From an uncultured Terracidiphilus sp. (GTDB lineage Bacteria; Acidobacteriota; Terriglobia; Terriglobales; Acidobacteriaceae): a DNA stretch of 64,000 bases. The notes under the pieces are model-generated. The model was not told where the DNA came from, did no database searches, and worked only from the letters and a program-made list of their open reading frames with translations. The stretch is taken from the NCBI GenBank assembly GCA_964414945.1, contig CAYPYJ010000003.1, positions 5,895 through 69,894 of the forward strand. The letters are read 5' to 3'. Shown piece after piece: positions 9,009-18,994 of the stretch. Every line of letters starts with the position of its first letter. Within the stretch, counting starts at the first letter, position 1. The translations under genes and the position numbers were made by a program.

Positions 9009-12000
9009 ATGAAAACTCTGTTGATGGTTTTCATCGCGCTGTTTTGTCTAGGAGGCGTGCAATCTGCACTGGCGCAAATCGACCAAGGTGCCATCACCGG
9101 CACAATTACCGATGCGAATGGAAGAATCATTCAAGGCGCATCCATCACTCTGGTCAGCCAGGAAACCAATCTAACATTCAACCTCACAACGGATAGCAAC
9201 GGTTTTTACCGGTTTTCGCCAATCAAGATCGGGCTATATACCTTGACGGTTTCTGCCCCGAACTTTGAAACGAGCAAGCAAGAGAACATTCGCGTCAACG
9301 TAAGCCAGACCGTGGGCCTGAATCTCTCGCTTAAGCCGGGCGCTGTCTCCGAAACAATTACGGTTAGCTCGTCCCCTGAACTTCAAACAGAAGAAGCCTC
9401 AACGGGACAGGTTTTCACTACGTCCCAACTCGAAGACCTTCCGCTTCTGGATCGCAACTATCTTTTCCTGGCTCAGCTCACAACCGGAGTCAATGCGCCG
9501 AACCAAGGCAACACTCAGACCTCTGGCTCGGGCGCATTCTCATCGAACGGCAGCCGTGTTTCGCAGAATAATTTCGTTCTCGACGGCGTCGACAACAACT
9601 CAAATATGCAGGACTTTTTGAACGGCGCCACTTATGCAGTGCGCCCACCGCCTGAGGCACTTGAAGAGTTCAAGGTCGAGAGCAGCAACTACAGTGCAGA
9701 ACTCGGTCGAGCGACCGGAGCGGCAGTCAACGCCTCGATCAAAGCGGGCACCAACGCCATTCACGGCTCCCTGTGGGAGTATTTGCGCAACGACCGCCTG
9801 GCTGCCCAGAATTACAACTTCAGCTCGTCGCCAACGACGAAAACGGCATATCACTCGAATATCTTTGGCGCTACGCTCGGCGGCCCCATCATCAAAAACA
9901 AGCTCTTCGTCTTTGCCGATGGTCAGGGAACCCGCATCAGCATCTACCAGCCGCAGCAGACCGACTGGACCGTTCCGACGGCCGCCGAGCGCGCGGGAGA
10001 TTTCTCTCAGATGCTCGATCCCACGCTTACCAACGGGCATGGCGCAATTACCTTATACAAAACGGGCGGCAATGTGACGCCGACCATTGGCGGCGTGGAG
10101 ACTGCGAAGGATCCGACCCGCTATCTTTCATGCCCAACGGCTACCGCGGTTCACGCGACTGCGATTCCCGGGCAAAGTGTAATCTGCCCGACCAGTGTGA
10201 ATTCCGTCGCAAAGACAATTTTGAATCTGTTCCCGTCTCCGAATCAAGGCGCAGTTGGCCAGGTTGTGCAGAACTACACCGTTCCAGCAACCGCGTCTCA
10301 GAACAACACGACCCAATATGACGCCCGTTTGGACTACAACTTCAGTTCAAAGGATCAGGCATTCGGGCGTTACAGCTATTCCAATAATCCGTCGGTGTAT
10401 ACACCGCCATTGGGCGTACTGGATGGCGGCAACTTTGGTTCGGACGGCTCCGATACGAATGTTGCCAAGAGCGGCATATTCAGCGAGACCCATTTCTTTT
10501 CTCCCACCTTCACCAACGCGTTTCGTGTCGGTTACAACTATCTGCACGCGACCTATTTACCGGCAGCGGCACAGACCAACGTTGCGGCGAAATATGGTTT
10601 GGGCGGCATTCCATTCGGCCCCTCCCTTGGCGGTTTTCCGACTCTCTACTTCAATGGCGGCGGGTCCAACTTCGGAATTGGCATTCCAAGCTATGAGCCC
10701 TCCGACGAAAAGCAGAACGTGATTGAGTTCGTCGATAACATCTCGAAGGACTTGGGAAAGCAACACATAACCCTGGGCGTCAACATCCAGCACACCCGCT
10801 TTTACGGCTTGCAGTCGCCTGACTCTACTGGGTACCAGGGCTTCAAAGGAACGTACACCAGTGATCCCGGAGACGTGAGCGGCGCTATCACGGGTGCAGG
10901 GTTGGCCGACTTTGCGCTGGACCAGGAAAATTATGCACAGCTGAACAGCACAACGCCGGTTACCGATCTTCGCTGGTATAACGCGGTCTATGTCCAGGAT
11001 GACTGGAAGATCCTGCCGAAGCTTACGATCAATCTGGGGCTGCGCTGGGAATACACTCAGCCGTTTGTGGAACTGCACGACTACCAGGCGAACTTCTCTG
11101 GCAACTTCGCAGGCATGAATCAGGGAACCGGAACGTTCTACATTCCCAAGTCGCAAAGCGGATATCCAATTCCCGCCTTCCTTGCAACCGACTTTGCCCT
11201 CGACCACATCACCATCAAGTACACCGATAACCGCTCCTTGGTTAATCCAGACCATCACGAGTTTGCGCCGCGCATCGGTTTTGCTTATCAACTTACCGAA
11301 AAGACTGTCGTTCGGGGAGGCTTTGGTTTCTTCTACGGCGGACAAGAAAACATCGGGCTAGGCTTGAACCTTTACAACAACCCGCCGTTCTTCTTGACCA
11401 GTTCCATCAACCCGACCCCGAATCAGTGTTATAACACGGTCGCTACGGGCATCGTATGCCCTACGAACGGCCAGACACTCGAAACCGGCTTTGGGGCGGC
11501 GGCCACTTCCAACGCAGCCCTTGCAGCAAACGCTCAGTTGCCAACACTCTTTGGTCAGGACCAGAATGCGAAGAGCACCTATACGGAAGCGTACAACCTG
11601 AGCGTTCAGCGGGTTATCACTCCCACAATTTCGGCCACCCTCGGTTATCAGGGTAATGTGACTCGTCACCTGCGGGTTAGCTATGCGGCGAACCAATATC
11701 CTGGTGTCACTCCCAATGGTGCAAACAGCCAGCTTTATCAGCCGTTTTATGACTTTGGCAATATTGTTGAAGTCACCAATGGAGGCATAGCCAACTACAA
11801 TTCGCTCCAGGCGAAGATCGACAAGCGGTTTTCGCATGGCCTGTCTTTCCTGACGGGTTATAGCTGGTCGCACAGTCTAGACGACGCCGTCCAGCCGATC
11901 CAAGGGACGGACGGGGGCCAAGCCGGCAATCCCGCATTTCTTGGTTTGAAGTTCGAGTATGGCGCCAGTGTCTCTGATGTACGTCAACGGTTTACCTTCG

Positions 12001-12620
12001 CGCCGCAGTATGAACTGCCGTTTGGCAAAGGGAAGCATTTCCTGAATCATGTCGGTCTCGTGGATCAACTGGTAGGAGGCTGGAAGGCCACCGCTATCTT
12101 CCAAGCGCAAACCGGCACGCCGATTGCCTTTCCGCAACGGTTCCGCATCGGCGACCCATTCGCTACCGGGGGCACGCCCAACCCAGTTACACAATCCAAC
12201 CAACAGTGCGCAACCCAAACCAGAACGATTGCTCACTGGTTCAACCCTTGTGCTTTTTCACAGGCACCAACTGCCTACGCGACCGTGGCGGATTACAATG
12301 CCGCAGTTGCTGCTGGAGGCAATGCGGTCCTGCTAAGCCAGGCTGGAACGTTGCCGTATGGGCAGCGGGGTCGGCTAACGGTTGCAGGGCCGGGCTTCAA
12401 CCGGCTTGACATGTCTCTCTTCAAGAGCTTCAAGTTGCCCTACAGAAAGTCTGCTCTTGAGTTGCGTGCGGATGGAATCAACGTCATGAACACTCCATCC
12501 TTTAGCGATCCGAACAACAGCCTAACCGGTGGAAATGCCGGTTCAATCAATTCGACGAGATTCAGCGGGCTACTACCCAATGGGCGCGTCATGCAGGTTG
12601 CGGGACGCCTCACCTTCTAA
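9009..12620 (+). CDS. Large TonB-dependent receptor with carboxypeptidase-regulatory-like domain
   Basis: The ORF track gives 8979..12620; the signal peptide MKTLLMVFIALFCLGGVQSALAQ starts at 9009. CarboxypepD_reg segment: GAITGTITDANGRIIQGASITLVSQETN...GFYRFSPIKIGLYTLTVSAPNFE. The ~1200-aa barrel ends in a C-terminal aromatic residue (...VAGRLTF). Confidence 0.85.
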   Translation: MKTLLMVFIALFCLGGVQSALAQIDQGAITGTITDANGRIIQGASITLVSQETNLTFNLTTDSNGFYRFSPIKIGLYTLTVSAPNFETSKQENIRVNVSQTVGLNLSLKPGAVSETITVSSSPELQTEEASTGQVFTTSQLEDLPLLDRNYLFLAQLTTGVNAPNQGNTQTSGSGAFSSNGSRVSQNNFVLDGVDNNSNMQDFLNGATYAVRPPPEALEEFKVESSNYSAELGRATGAAVNASIKAGTNAIHGSLWEYLRNDRLAAQNYNFSSSPTTKTAYHSNIFGATLGGPIIKNKLFVFADGQGTRISIYQPQQTDWTVPTAAERAGDFSQMLDPTLTNGHGAITLYKTGGNVTPTIGGVETAKDPTRYLSCPTATAVHATAIPGQSVICPTSVNSVAKTILNLFPSPNQGAVGQVVQNYTVPATASQNNTTQYDARLDYNFSSKDQAFGRYSYSNNPSVYTPPLGVLDGGNFGSDGSDTNVAKSGIFSETHFFSPTFTNAFRVGYNYLHATYLPAAAQTNVAAKYGLGGIPFGPSLGGFPTLYFNGGGSNFGIGIPSYEPSDEKQNVIEFVDNISKDLGKQHITLGVNIQHTRFYGLQSPDSTGYQGFKGTYTSDPGDVSGAITGAGLADFALDQENYAQLNSTTPVTDLRWYNAVYVQDDWKILPKLTINLGLRWEYTQPFVELHDYQANFSGNFAGMNQGTGTFYIPKSQSGYPIPAFLATDFALDHITIKYTDNRSLVNPDHHEFAPRIGFAYQLTEKTVVRGGFGFFYGGQENIGLGLNLYNNPPFFLTSSINPTPNQCYNTVATGIVCPTNGQTLETGFGAAATSNAALAANAQLPTLFGQDQNAKSTYTEAYNLSVQRVITPTISATLGYQGNVTRHLRVSYAANQYPGVTPNGANSQLYQPFYDFGNIVEVTNGGIANYNSLQAKIDKRFSHGLSFLTGYSWSHSLDDAVQPIQGTDGGQAGNPAFLGLKFEYGASVSDVRQRFTFAPQYELPFGKGKHFLNHVGLVDQLVGGWKATAIFQAQTGTPIAFPQRFRIGDPFATGGTPNPVTQSNQQCATQTRTIAHWFNPCAFSQAPTAYATVADYNAAVAAGGNAVLLSQAGTLPYGQRGRLTVAGPGFNRLDMSLFKSFKLPYRKSALELRADGINVMNTPSFSDPNNSLTGGNAGSINSTRFSGLLPNGRVMQVAGRLTF

Positions 12621-12635
12621 ACTCAACATAACCCA

Positions 12636-12678
12636 AAGCCGCCCCATTCGCTATGCGAATGGGGCGGCTTGTTTTTTG
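12636..12678. terminator. Rho-independent terminator between convergent genes
   Basis: AAGCCGCCCCATTCGC (12636-12651), loop TAT, GCGAATGGGGCGGCTT (12655-12670), a perfect 16-bp stem, followed by GTTTTTTG. It lies 16 nt after the TBDR stop, and the convergent GH2 gene ends at 12735. Confidence 0.8.
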
Positions 12679-12734
12679 GATTGCATAATTCAGAATCCAC
12701 GCCGACTCCGACTTCTCAAAACAGTACGGCAGCG

Positions 12735-15380
12735 TCAAGGTTTGCGAACGGCGCTGGCGACCGAGGTCAGCTTGAGCGCGGCGCGGATTTGGCTGAGTGG
12801 AGCTTTGGTCTGTAGGCGCACTTCTACGGGCTGGTTCGGGAGAAGGTCAATGAAGTTGTCGGAGAGCATGGAATCGATGCCAGGCGTGGCGATCTGGACG
12901 GCGCGTGCCAGAGTGCTGGATTGGACACGAACGAGATAGCCGCTGCTGTTCGGTGATGACTCGACACTAGCACTAATCGAGGGTTGAGTTAGCTTTAGCT
13001 CAAGGGTTTTTGCGAAATAAAGTGTATGAGTGGCGAGAATTTCGCCATTGGAACTGAGTTCAAAGATTGCAACGTCGCGGGTTGCGTCGAAGTTGGGAAT
13101 GCTGCTGGTTGCCAGCGGGGCAATGGCCAGGGATGTGAGCGCCGGGATCGTGATGGATTGCGAAACGTTGGCGAGTTCGGCACCGGCAAAATCCATCACC
13201 CGCACGCGAAGAGTGCCCGCAATCGGCGACAACCGGTCAGAGACGATGTGCGCCTTGATCTGGTTCCCCTCGTAGACGGGCGCAATGACAACCGGGGCAT
13301 AGAATCGCTTTGTATAGTACTGGAGAGCCTTGGGACGACCGTAATAGTCAATGCTGGCCCAGGAGACAACCGGCCAGCAGTCGTTCAATTGCCAGTAAAG
13401 TGAACCCATGGCTCTCGGCATCTGGCTGCGCAGGTGTTCTGCTTCGGTTTGGATGGCCTCAGCCTGGACAAACTGGCTGAGGTAGTCGAACGACGCAAAG
13501 TCGCGCGCTGGGCCGGTTTCCTGGTCAAGATAGTGCTGAATGCGGTCGAAGCCATGGATGAATCGCTCGTGATTGGCGAGCGCGGGCGCGGACAGGTTCT
13601 CCTCGCTACCCGCGAAAGCGCGCACTGTAGCCAGATCGGGCATGCCTTGAAATCCGTATTCGGAGAGAAAGCGTGTCTCCACCTTGCGATAATCGTCGAT
13701 AGGCGCAGAGCCGCTCCAAACGTTCCAATAGTGCATATCTCCGTTGCTATTATTGCCCGCGCGATCCTCAAAATTCGCACCAGGAGAACTGGGCCAGTAG
13801 GGCGTGCCGCCGCCTTGTTGAGCCACCACACTTTTCAGAATGTCGCGAAACATGACAACGTAGTCTTGCCAGACGCGCTCGCGCTGATCTGCAGTAAGCA
13901 GCTTTTTAAAATCGAGACGGTCGTCCCAGGAGTCCCAGGAAGTCTCCACTTCGTTGTTGCCGCACCAGAGCACAATGCTCGGATGGTCGCGCAGACGCTT
14001 GACTTGCTGGATTGCCTCCACGCGAACATTGCCCTGGAATGCTTTGTCGCCGGGGACCAAACCACCACCAAAGGCGAACTCCTGCCACACCATGAGGCCG
14101 AGTTCGTCGGCGATTTCATAAAAGCTATCGGTTTGGTAATAGCCGCCGCCCCACATGCGAATCATGTTCATATTGGCGTCGCGAGCGGCAGTGAGAAGTG
14201 CGCGCTCACGTTGCGGAGTAACGCGAGCAGGAAAGCTGTCCATGGGAATGACGTTAGCGCCTTTAGCGAAGATCGGAATGCCATTGACAACGAAGGCGAA
14301 GCTGGTTCCCCATTGGTCGGGTTGACGGCGCAGTTCCACCGAGCGGAGGCCGATTTTTTTCTCGGCGTTGTCTATGAGCTTCGTCCCTTTTTCGTCATGA
14401 ATATCCACCGACACGTGATAACGATCCTGCGCGCCATAACCTGCTGGAAACCAGCGTTTGGGATGTTCAATGCGCAGTGGAAACATCAGATGGTTGACGC
14501 CGGCTTCGAGAGTCTCAACGCCATGAACGCCAACCCCATTACCTGGGTTCGCGGCAGTGCTGGATAGATTGAGATCGACGGTGACTGTTCCCGCATGAGC
14601 AGCTTCAACATCAACTTCCGCAGTAAGCAACGCACGTTCGGCTGTCACTGAAGTCTGCTCAATGTGCAAGTTAACAATGCGCGCTTCGTCCCAGGCTTCA
14701 ATGCGGACAGGACGCCAGATGCCCATTGTGACCAGCTTCGGTCCCCAGTCCCATCCGTATTCATACCCTGCGGTGCGGATATAGTGACCGACCGGATAGA
14801 CCCCCTTGGCTGAGTCATAGGTTTCGTAGCCGCTACCGGGCAGAATGTAAGGCAGAGACGCAAGGACAGGCGACATGACTTTATAAGGCGAGTGAAAAAG
14901 TACGCGTAGTTCGTTGTCGCCGGGGTGAAGCAGCGGGCGCACATCGGCGCGCCACGCGCGAAACATATTGTCGGTCTTGAGCAGTGGATGGCCGTTGAGG
15001 CTAACTTCGGCGAATGTGTCGAGACCGTCGAAGACCAGTTCGATGTGCTGGCGGGCGAGGATCGCCGCTTCGGGATGAATTGTGACGCGGTATTCCCAGT
15101 CCTCTTCGCCGATCCACAGCAATCGCTTCTCGTTGTCTGCAAAGAACGGATCGGGGATAAGTCCGGCAGTCTGTAGGTCAGTGTGCACCTCGCCTGGAAC
15201 GGTGGCATTGTGCCAGTCGTCTGTGCCCTTGAGATGAGTGTCTGCGATACCGCGAAACTGCCAGCCTGAGTCGATCGATTGTATGGCTGGCTGGGCAGAG
15301 GCCGCCCAAGGCGCATGCAAGCAAAAACTCGCTAGTGAAAAGAAGGCGAGACGCATGGACGCTGGGCGGCTCAAATTCAT
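12735..15380 (-). CDS. GH2 beta-mannosidase
   Basis: The signal peptide is followed by SGWQFRG...WHNATVPGEVHTDLQTAGLIPDPF...EEDWEY (a beta-mannosidase-type N-terminus). Further motifs: GANVIPMDSF, WQEFAFGG, CGNNEVE, FLSEYGFQGMP. Its start codon overlaps the GH29 stop (ATGA at 15377-15380). Confidence 0.8.
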   Translation of the reverse strand: MNLSRPASMRLAFFSLASFCLHAPWAASAQPAIQSIDSGWQFRGIADTHLKGTDDWHNATVPGEVHTDLQTAGLIPDPFFADNEKRLLWIGEEDWEYRVTIHPEAAILARQHIELVFDGLDTFAEVSLNGHPLLKTDNMFRAWRADVRPLLHPGDNELRVLFHSPYKVMSPVLASLPYILPGSGYETYDSAKGVYPVGHYIRTAGYEYGWDWGPKLVTMGIWRPVRIEAWDEARIVNLHIEQTSVTAERALLTAEVDVEAAHAGTVTVDLNLSSTAANPGNGVGVHGVETLEAGVNHLMFPLRIEHPKRWFPAGYGAQDRYHVSVDIHDEKGTKLIDNAEKKIGLRSVELRRQPDQWGTSFAFVVNGIPIFAKGANVIPMDSFPARVTPQRERALLTAARDANMNMIRMWGGGYYQTDSFYEIADELGLMVWQEFAFGGGLVPGDKAFQGNVRVEAIQQVKRLRDHPSIVLWCGNNEVETSWDSWDDRLDFKKLLTADQRERVWQDYVVMFRDILKSVVAQQGGGTPYWPSSPGANFEDRAGNNSNGDMHYWNVWSGSAPIDDYRKVETRFLSEYGFQGMPDLATVRAFAGSEENLSAPALANHERFIHGFDRIQHYLDQETGPARDFASFDYLSQFVQAEAIQTEAEHLRSQMPRAMGSLYWQLNDCWPVVSWASIDYYGRPKALQYYTKRFYAPVVIAPVYEGNQIKAHIVSDRLSPIAGTLRVRVMDFAGAELANVSQSITIPALTSLAIAPLATSSIPNFDATRDVAIFELSSNGEILATHTLYFAKTLELKLTQPSISASVESSPNSSGYLVRVQSSTLARAVQIATPGIDSMLSDNFIDLLPNQPVEVRLQTKAPLSQIRAALKLTSVASAVRKP

Positions 15381-16780
15381 TTATGTTCTCCGTCTTGTTT
15401 CCGTTCTTCAGTTGGCGCGACGTTATAAAGCTGAAATTCGCGGATCGCCGCTGCATCGGTGCTGGAAAGAATGTTAAGCCGCACGCGGCTGGCGGTTACG
15501 TTCGGAAAAATATCGATCTTCTTGTGGCCAATAGCTTCTGCTGTGGCGATGGTCTTCCAGGCGTTCCCCTGCCACACATCGATAGAGTATTTCTGGATGC
15601 ACTGACCATCGTTGAGCCACTCCATGGTAAGTGCGCGATTGAATGTAACAGCCTTGGCGAAACTGACTTCAAGGCTGGAGTGATGAGAGCCTGCAGGCGC
15701 CGACCAGAATGTATCCGGGTTGCCGTCCAGCGCAGCGGCGGCTTCAGGGGTGGTTGCTGCGTGTTCCTTGGCAATGTTGCGGGCGTAACGCGCACGGATA
15801 GCCTTGCCGAATTCCTCCAGCCGCGCCACATCACTCTCTGGAAGCAAGCCGCGGCGGTCGGGGGCTAAGCCGAGCATTAACTGCGCACCGCGGCCCACGG
15901 TTTCGTCATAGGTGGTGAGCAACTCATCAAGACTCTTGAGCGAGGCATCATCGTTGGGATGCCAGAACCAGTGATAGGCGCGCAGTGGAGTGTCAGCCTC
16001 CACCGGACGCCAGCGCAGATAACTATGGCGGTCGATGACATTCCAATTCTCGTAAGGTACACGGCCGCTTTCGGTGCCCACCCAGCGTGCGTCGCCGTAT
16101 TCAAACAGAGCTGTGTCGGCGAAGACGATGGTGTTCGGTTGGTAAGTGCGCAGGGTTTCGACAAACTTCTTGAAGTCGTAGACATGGCCTGCGCTGCCGG
16201 CGCCATCAAGCCAGAATTCCACCAAATCGCCGTAGTTAGACGCAAGTTCGGTAAGTTCCGCTTGGTAATAGTTGTCGTAGGCTGCGGAGTCAAGGTACTT
16301 GGGCTCGTGGCGATCCCAGGGAGAGAGATAGACGCCGAATTTGAGGCCATATTTGCGCGCAGCACGGGCAACGTCGCCCACTAGATCGCCTTTGCCGCCT
16401 TTCCAAGGGCTAGATTTGACGCTGTAATTGGTCTGCTCCGTAGGCCACAGGCAGAATCCGTCATGATGCTTGGCCACCATCACAATGTATGTGGCCCCGG
16501 AGTCGCGAATGGTTTTCATCCATTGGTCTGGATCAAACTGAGTGGGATTGAAGACCGAAGGATTGGCAGTACCGTCACCCCATTCGCGATCCAGAAAAGT
16601 GTTTATGGAAAAGTGAACGATTACGCCAAACTCAAGATCTTGCCAATCCACTTGCTGCGGTGAGGGCTTGATATCGGAGAAGTTTTGAGCTGCTGCAAGG
16701 GAGACGCACAAAGCAAAAACGAATGCGGTTCCCGTCCATAGATTACGGAAAATCTTGGTCGGATTGCGGAAGGATTTCAT
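15377..16780 (-). CDS. GH29 alpha-L-fucosidase with C-terminal discoidin (F5/8 type C)-like domain
   Basis: Motifs ATYIVMVAKHHDGFCLWPT and GVYLSPWD. The C-terminal part, NPDTFWSAP...IREFQLYN, resembles a discoidin/CBM32-like fold. An N-terminal signal peptide is present. Confidence 0.8.
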   Translation of the reverse strand: MKSFRNPTKIFRNLWTGTAFVFALCVSLAAAQNFSDIKPSPQQVDWQDLEFGVIVHFSINTFLDREWGDGTANPSVFNPTQFDPDQWMKTIRDSGATYIVMVAKHHDGFCLWPTEQTNYSVKSSPWKGGKGDLVGDVARAARKYGLKFGVYLSPWDRHEPKYLDSAAYDNYYQAELTELASNYGDLVEFWLDGAGSAGHVYDFKKFVETLRTYQPNTIVFADTALFEYGDARWVGTESGRVPYENWNVIDRHSYLRWRPVEADTPLRAYHWFWHPNDDASLKSLDELLTTYDETVGRGAQLMLGLAPDRRGLLPESDVARLEEFGKAIRARYARNIAKEHAATTPEAAAALDGNPDTFWSAPAGSHHSSLEVSFAKAVTFNRALTMEWLNDGQCIQKYSIDVWQGNAWKTIATAEAIGHKKIDIFPNVTASRVRLNILSSTDAAAIREFQLYNVAPTEERKQDGEHK

Positions 16781-16844
16781 TGATCAATCTCCTATGAAAA
16801 TTGCTTGCTGCGTTGCCATGAGAACTCTGTGGCGTTGAGGGTTT

Positions 16845-17816
16845 TTATGAACAGAATGACTGTACAGTCAACTCGGCAGACCGGTCGGTGCTGATTGAGC
16901 GGTGACGCGCGTTCCACAGGGCTCCTGCAGGAGGATCGGCGGGCAATTCCAGAACCGCGATGTCAGGATACTGCTTGCGCAGAGCAGATTCCAGCGCCTT
17001 ACGCACAGCATCCAGGTGTTCAAGTATGCTGCCGGCCACTGCCACAGCAGGAACTTTGAAGGCTGCCGTCGACTCCGTTTCCAGCTTCCGGATGCGTTCA
17101 ATCACCAGGCTTACCAGGTTGGCCAAATCGGTTCCACCCTGCTCCAGCACTTCCAAGGCAACGGGGTCGCCTTGTTTCGCGCAGGAGACGACTGATGGAA
17201 CCAGTCGGGAAAATTCCGGTGGGGGGTTAGCGTTCGCGAACTCGATTAATGCGCCAACCGAAGAAAGATTCCAATAAGTCCGTGCCGCATCGAGTATCAG
17301 CGATGGCTGCTGTCGGTCGATGGCCAGAAACCCGCGGCGCAGACTCTCCAGACCAAGGAAATGTCCAGAACCTTGGTCGGCCAGTGCCGGTCCCCAGCCA
17401 CCGGCGGTGACGATTTGTCCAGTCGCAGCGCGGCCGGCAACGTTGGAGCCGGTGCCTGCCAAAACCACTACGCCTCGCTGTCCATGAAAGGCTGAGTCAA
17501 GAGCAATCTCAACATCTCCGATCAGAATCAACTCACCGCCCACATAACGGCCAAAGGCATCCCGCAGCCAGTCCACGACCAGCGGGACAGTTTCGCCGGC
17601 AGTGCCAATGCAGCAACGGGTTACTGACTGCATGGACACGCCAGAGATGGCCGTCAGTTGGCTTAATGCCATCTGCAGGTTGGACTCAGCAACATTCTCG
17701 CTGGCTTTCATGCGTTTAATCGTTCCGGTGCGAACACGGGCCAGTTCTCGCGTCTCGTCGCTCAGAAGAAAATCGGCTTTTGTGCCTCCAGAGTCAACTC
17801 CGAGGAAATAATGCAT
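16845..17816 (-). CDS. BadF/BadG/BcrA/BcrD-type ATPase, N-acetylglucosamine-kinase-like
   Basis: MHYFLGVDSGGTKADFLL (phosphate-1 motif) and VVVLAGTGSNVAG. Its length of 323 aa and position upstream of GH29/GH2 on the same strand fit this call. Confidence 0.65.
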   Translation of the reverse strand: MHYFLGVDSGGTKADFLLSDETRELARVRTGTIKRMKASENVAESNLQMALSQLTAISGVSMQSVTRCCIGTAGETVPLVVDWLRDAFGRYVGGELILIGDVEIALDSAFHGQRGVVVLAGTGSNVAGRAATGQIVTAGGWGPALADQGSGHFLGLESLRRGFLAIDRQQPSLILDAARTYWNLSSVGALIEFANANPPPEFSRLVPSVVSCAKQGDPVALEVLEQGGTDLANLVSLVIERIRKLETESTAAFKVPAVAVAGSILEHLDAVRKALESALRKQYPDIAVLELPADPPAGALWNARHRSISTDRSAELTVQSFCS

Positions 17817-17928
17817 GATTTCTACCTTCCGATTACAGAAATTAAGTCACAAGTGATGCTCTTGCGCCAAAGCACTGCACTTTGAAATTTCTATACACCA
17901 AGATCATAAATCTGTAGACGAAACAAGA

Positions 17929-17940
17929 AAATGATCATTT
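17929..17940. promoter_or_regulatory. Perfect 12-nt palindrome AAATGATCATTT, candidate operator
   Basis: The sequence is self-complementary and lies in the divergent region between the kinase-like gene and cutC. Related copies occur in the other divergent promoter regions of the locus (see findings). Confidence 0.4.
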
Positions 17941-18220
17941 AATGTCAATATAATCGTTATACAGTTAAAAAGAGTCGGAGATGTGTCATTTTTGTGGTCC
18001 AAGCGAGACGAAATACTTGAAGAGCGCCGGAGGAGCGAAGGAAAAGAGAATCCCGAATTCTTGAACTGCATTTTGCTCTTGACGTGCGTTAGCGACTCAA
18101 CGTTGGTCGGTCCATGTAATCCATTGCGTGGATTGTTCGAAAACTAAGATTCCCCCGGCCCTGAGGAAGTCAGGCAGCGGGGAACGATTCCAAAGGAATG
18201 GACTTCACCTCGAATATCAA

Positions 18221-18961
18221 ATGAAAAATTTCCTTTTTGAACTGTGTGTCGAGAGTTTGCAGTCCGCTCGGGCAGCAGAGGCTGGCGGTGCCGATCAAAT
18301 CGAGCTGTGCGCCGACCTGCAAATCGGTGGCGTTACGCCGAGCATTGACTTGATGCGTACGACCATTGAAGAACTTGCGATTCCCGTTCACGTGTTGATC
18401 AGACCGCGCGGCGGAAATTTCGTTTACTCGGCGCAGGAGTTGATTGCGATGCGGAGCCATGTTGACCAGGCAAAGCTGGCTGGAGCTGCCGGGGTCGTGC
18501 TGGGCGTGCAGCGCGCGGATGGGAGCGTGGATGTGGAACGAAGCCGCTCCCTGGTGGAACTGGCCCATCCAATGAAGGTAACCTTTCATCGGGCCTTCGA
18601 TACCGCGAAAAATTTGAGCGAAGCGCTGGAAGCTGTGATCTTGACTGGAGCCGATTGCCTTTTGACTTCGGGCGGCAAGCCGGATGTATTGGCAGGCGCG
18701 GATACAATTAGGCGATTGCACGAACAGGCTGACGGACGGCTGGAAGTGATGGCCGGCGGCGGGCTTACGCTCGTCAATCTGGTGCAGGTTGTGCGAAGGT
18801 CTGGAGTTTCGTGCCTGCATGGGTCGCTCACTGGCAGTCCTCAGAATGGTGTCAGTGGCAAGAAACGTGCAGTCAGGGACACTGCAATGCTGGAGGCCGA
18901 TGTGCAAGAGGCAGTTCGCTTGCTGGCCGCTGAGATGAAGTTACGCATGACTTCGCCATAG
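18221..18961 (+). CDS. cutC: CutC-family protein
   Basis: The ORF track gives 18128..18961; I prefer the ATG at 18221 (MKNFLFELCVESLQSARAAEAGGADQIELCADLQIGGVTPS). Further motifs: HVLIRPRGGNFVYS, TFHRAFD, CLLTSGG. These are typical of CutC TIM-barrel proteins. Confidence 0.75.
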   Translation: MKNFLFELCVESLQSARAAEAGGADQIELCADLQIGGVTPSIDLMRTTIEELAIPVHVLIRPRGGNFVYSAQELIAMRSHVDQAKLAGAAGVVLGVQRADGSVDVERSRSLVELAHPMKVTFHRAFDTAKNLSEALEAVILTGADCLLTSGGKPDVLAGADTIRRLHEQADGRLEVMAGGGLTLVNLVQVVRRSGVSCLHGSLTGSPQNGVSGKKRAVRDTAMLEADVQEAVRLLAAEMKLRMTSP

Positions 18962-18994
18962 ACGGTGCGCCGATGGTGTGAGAAGGAGATTGAA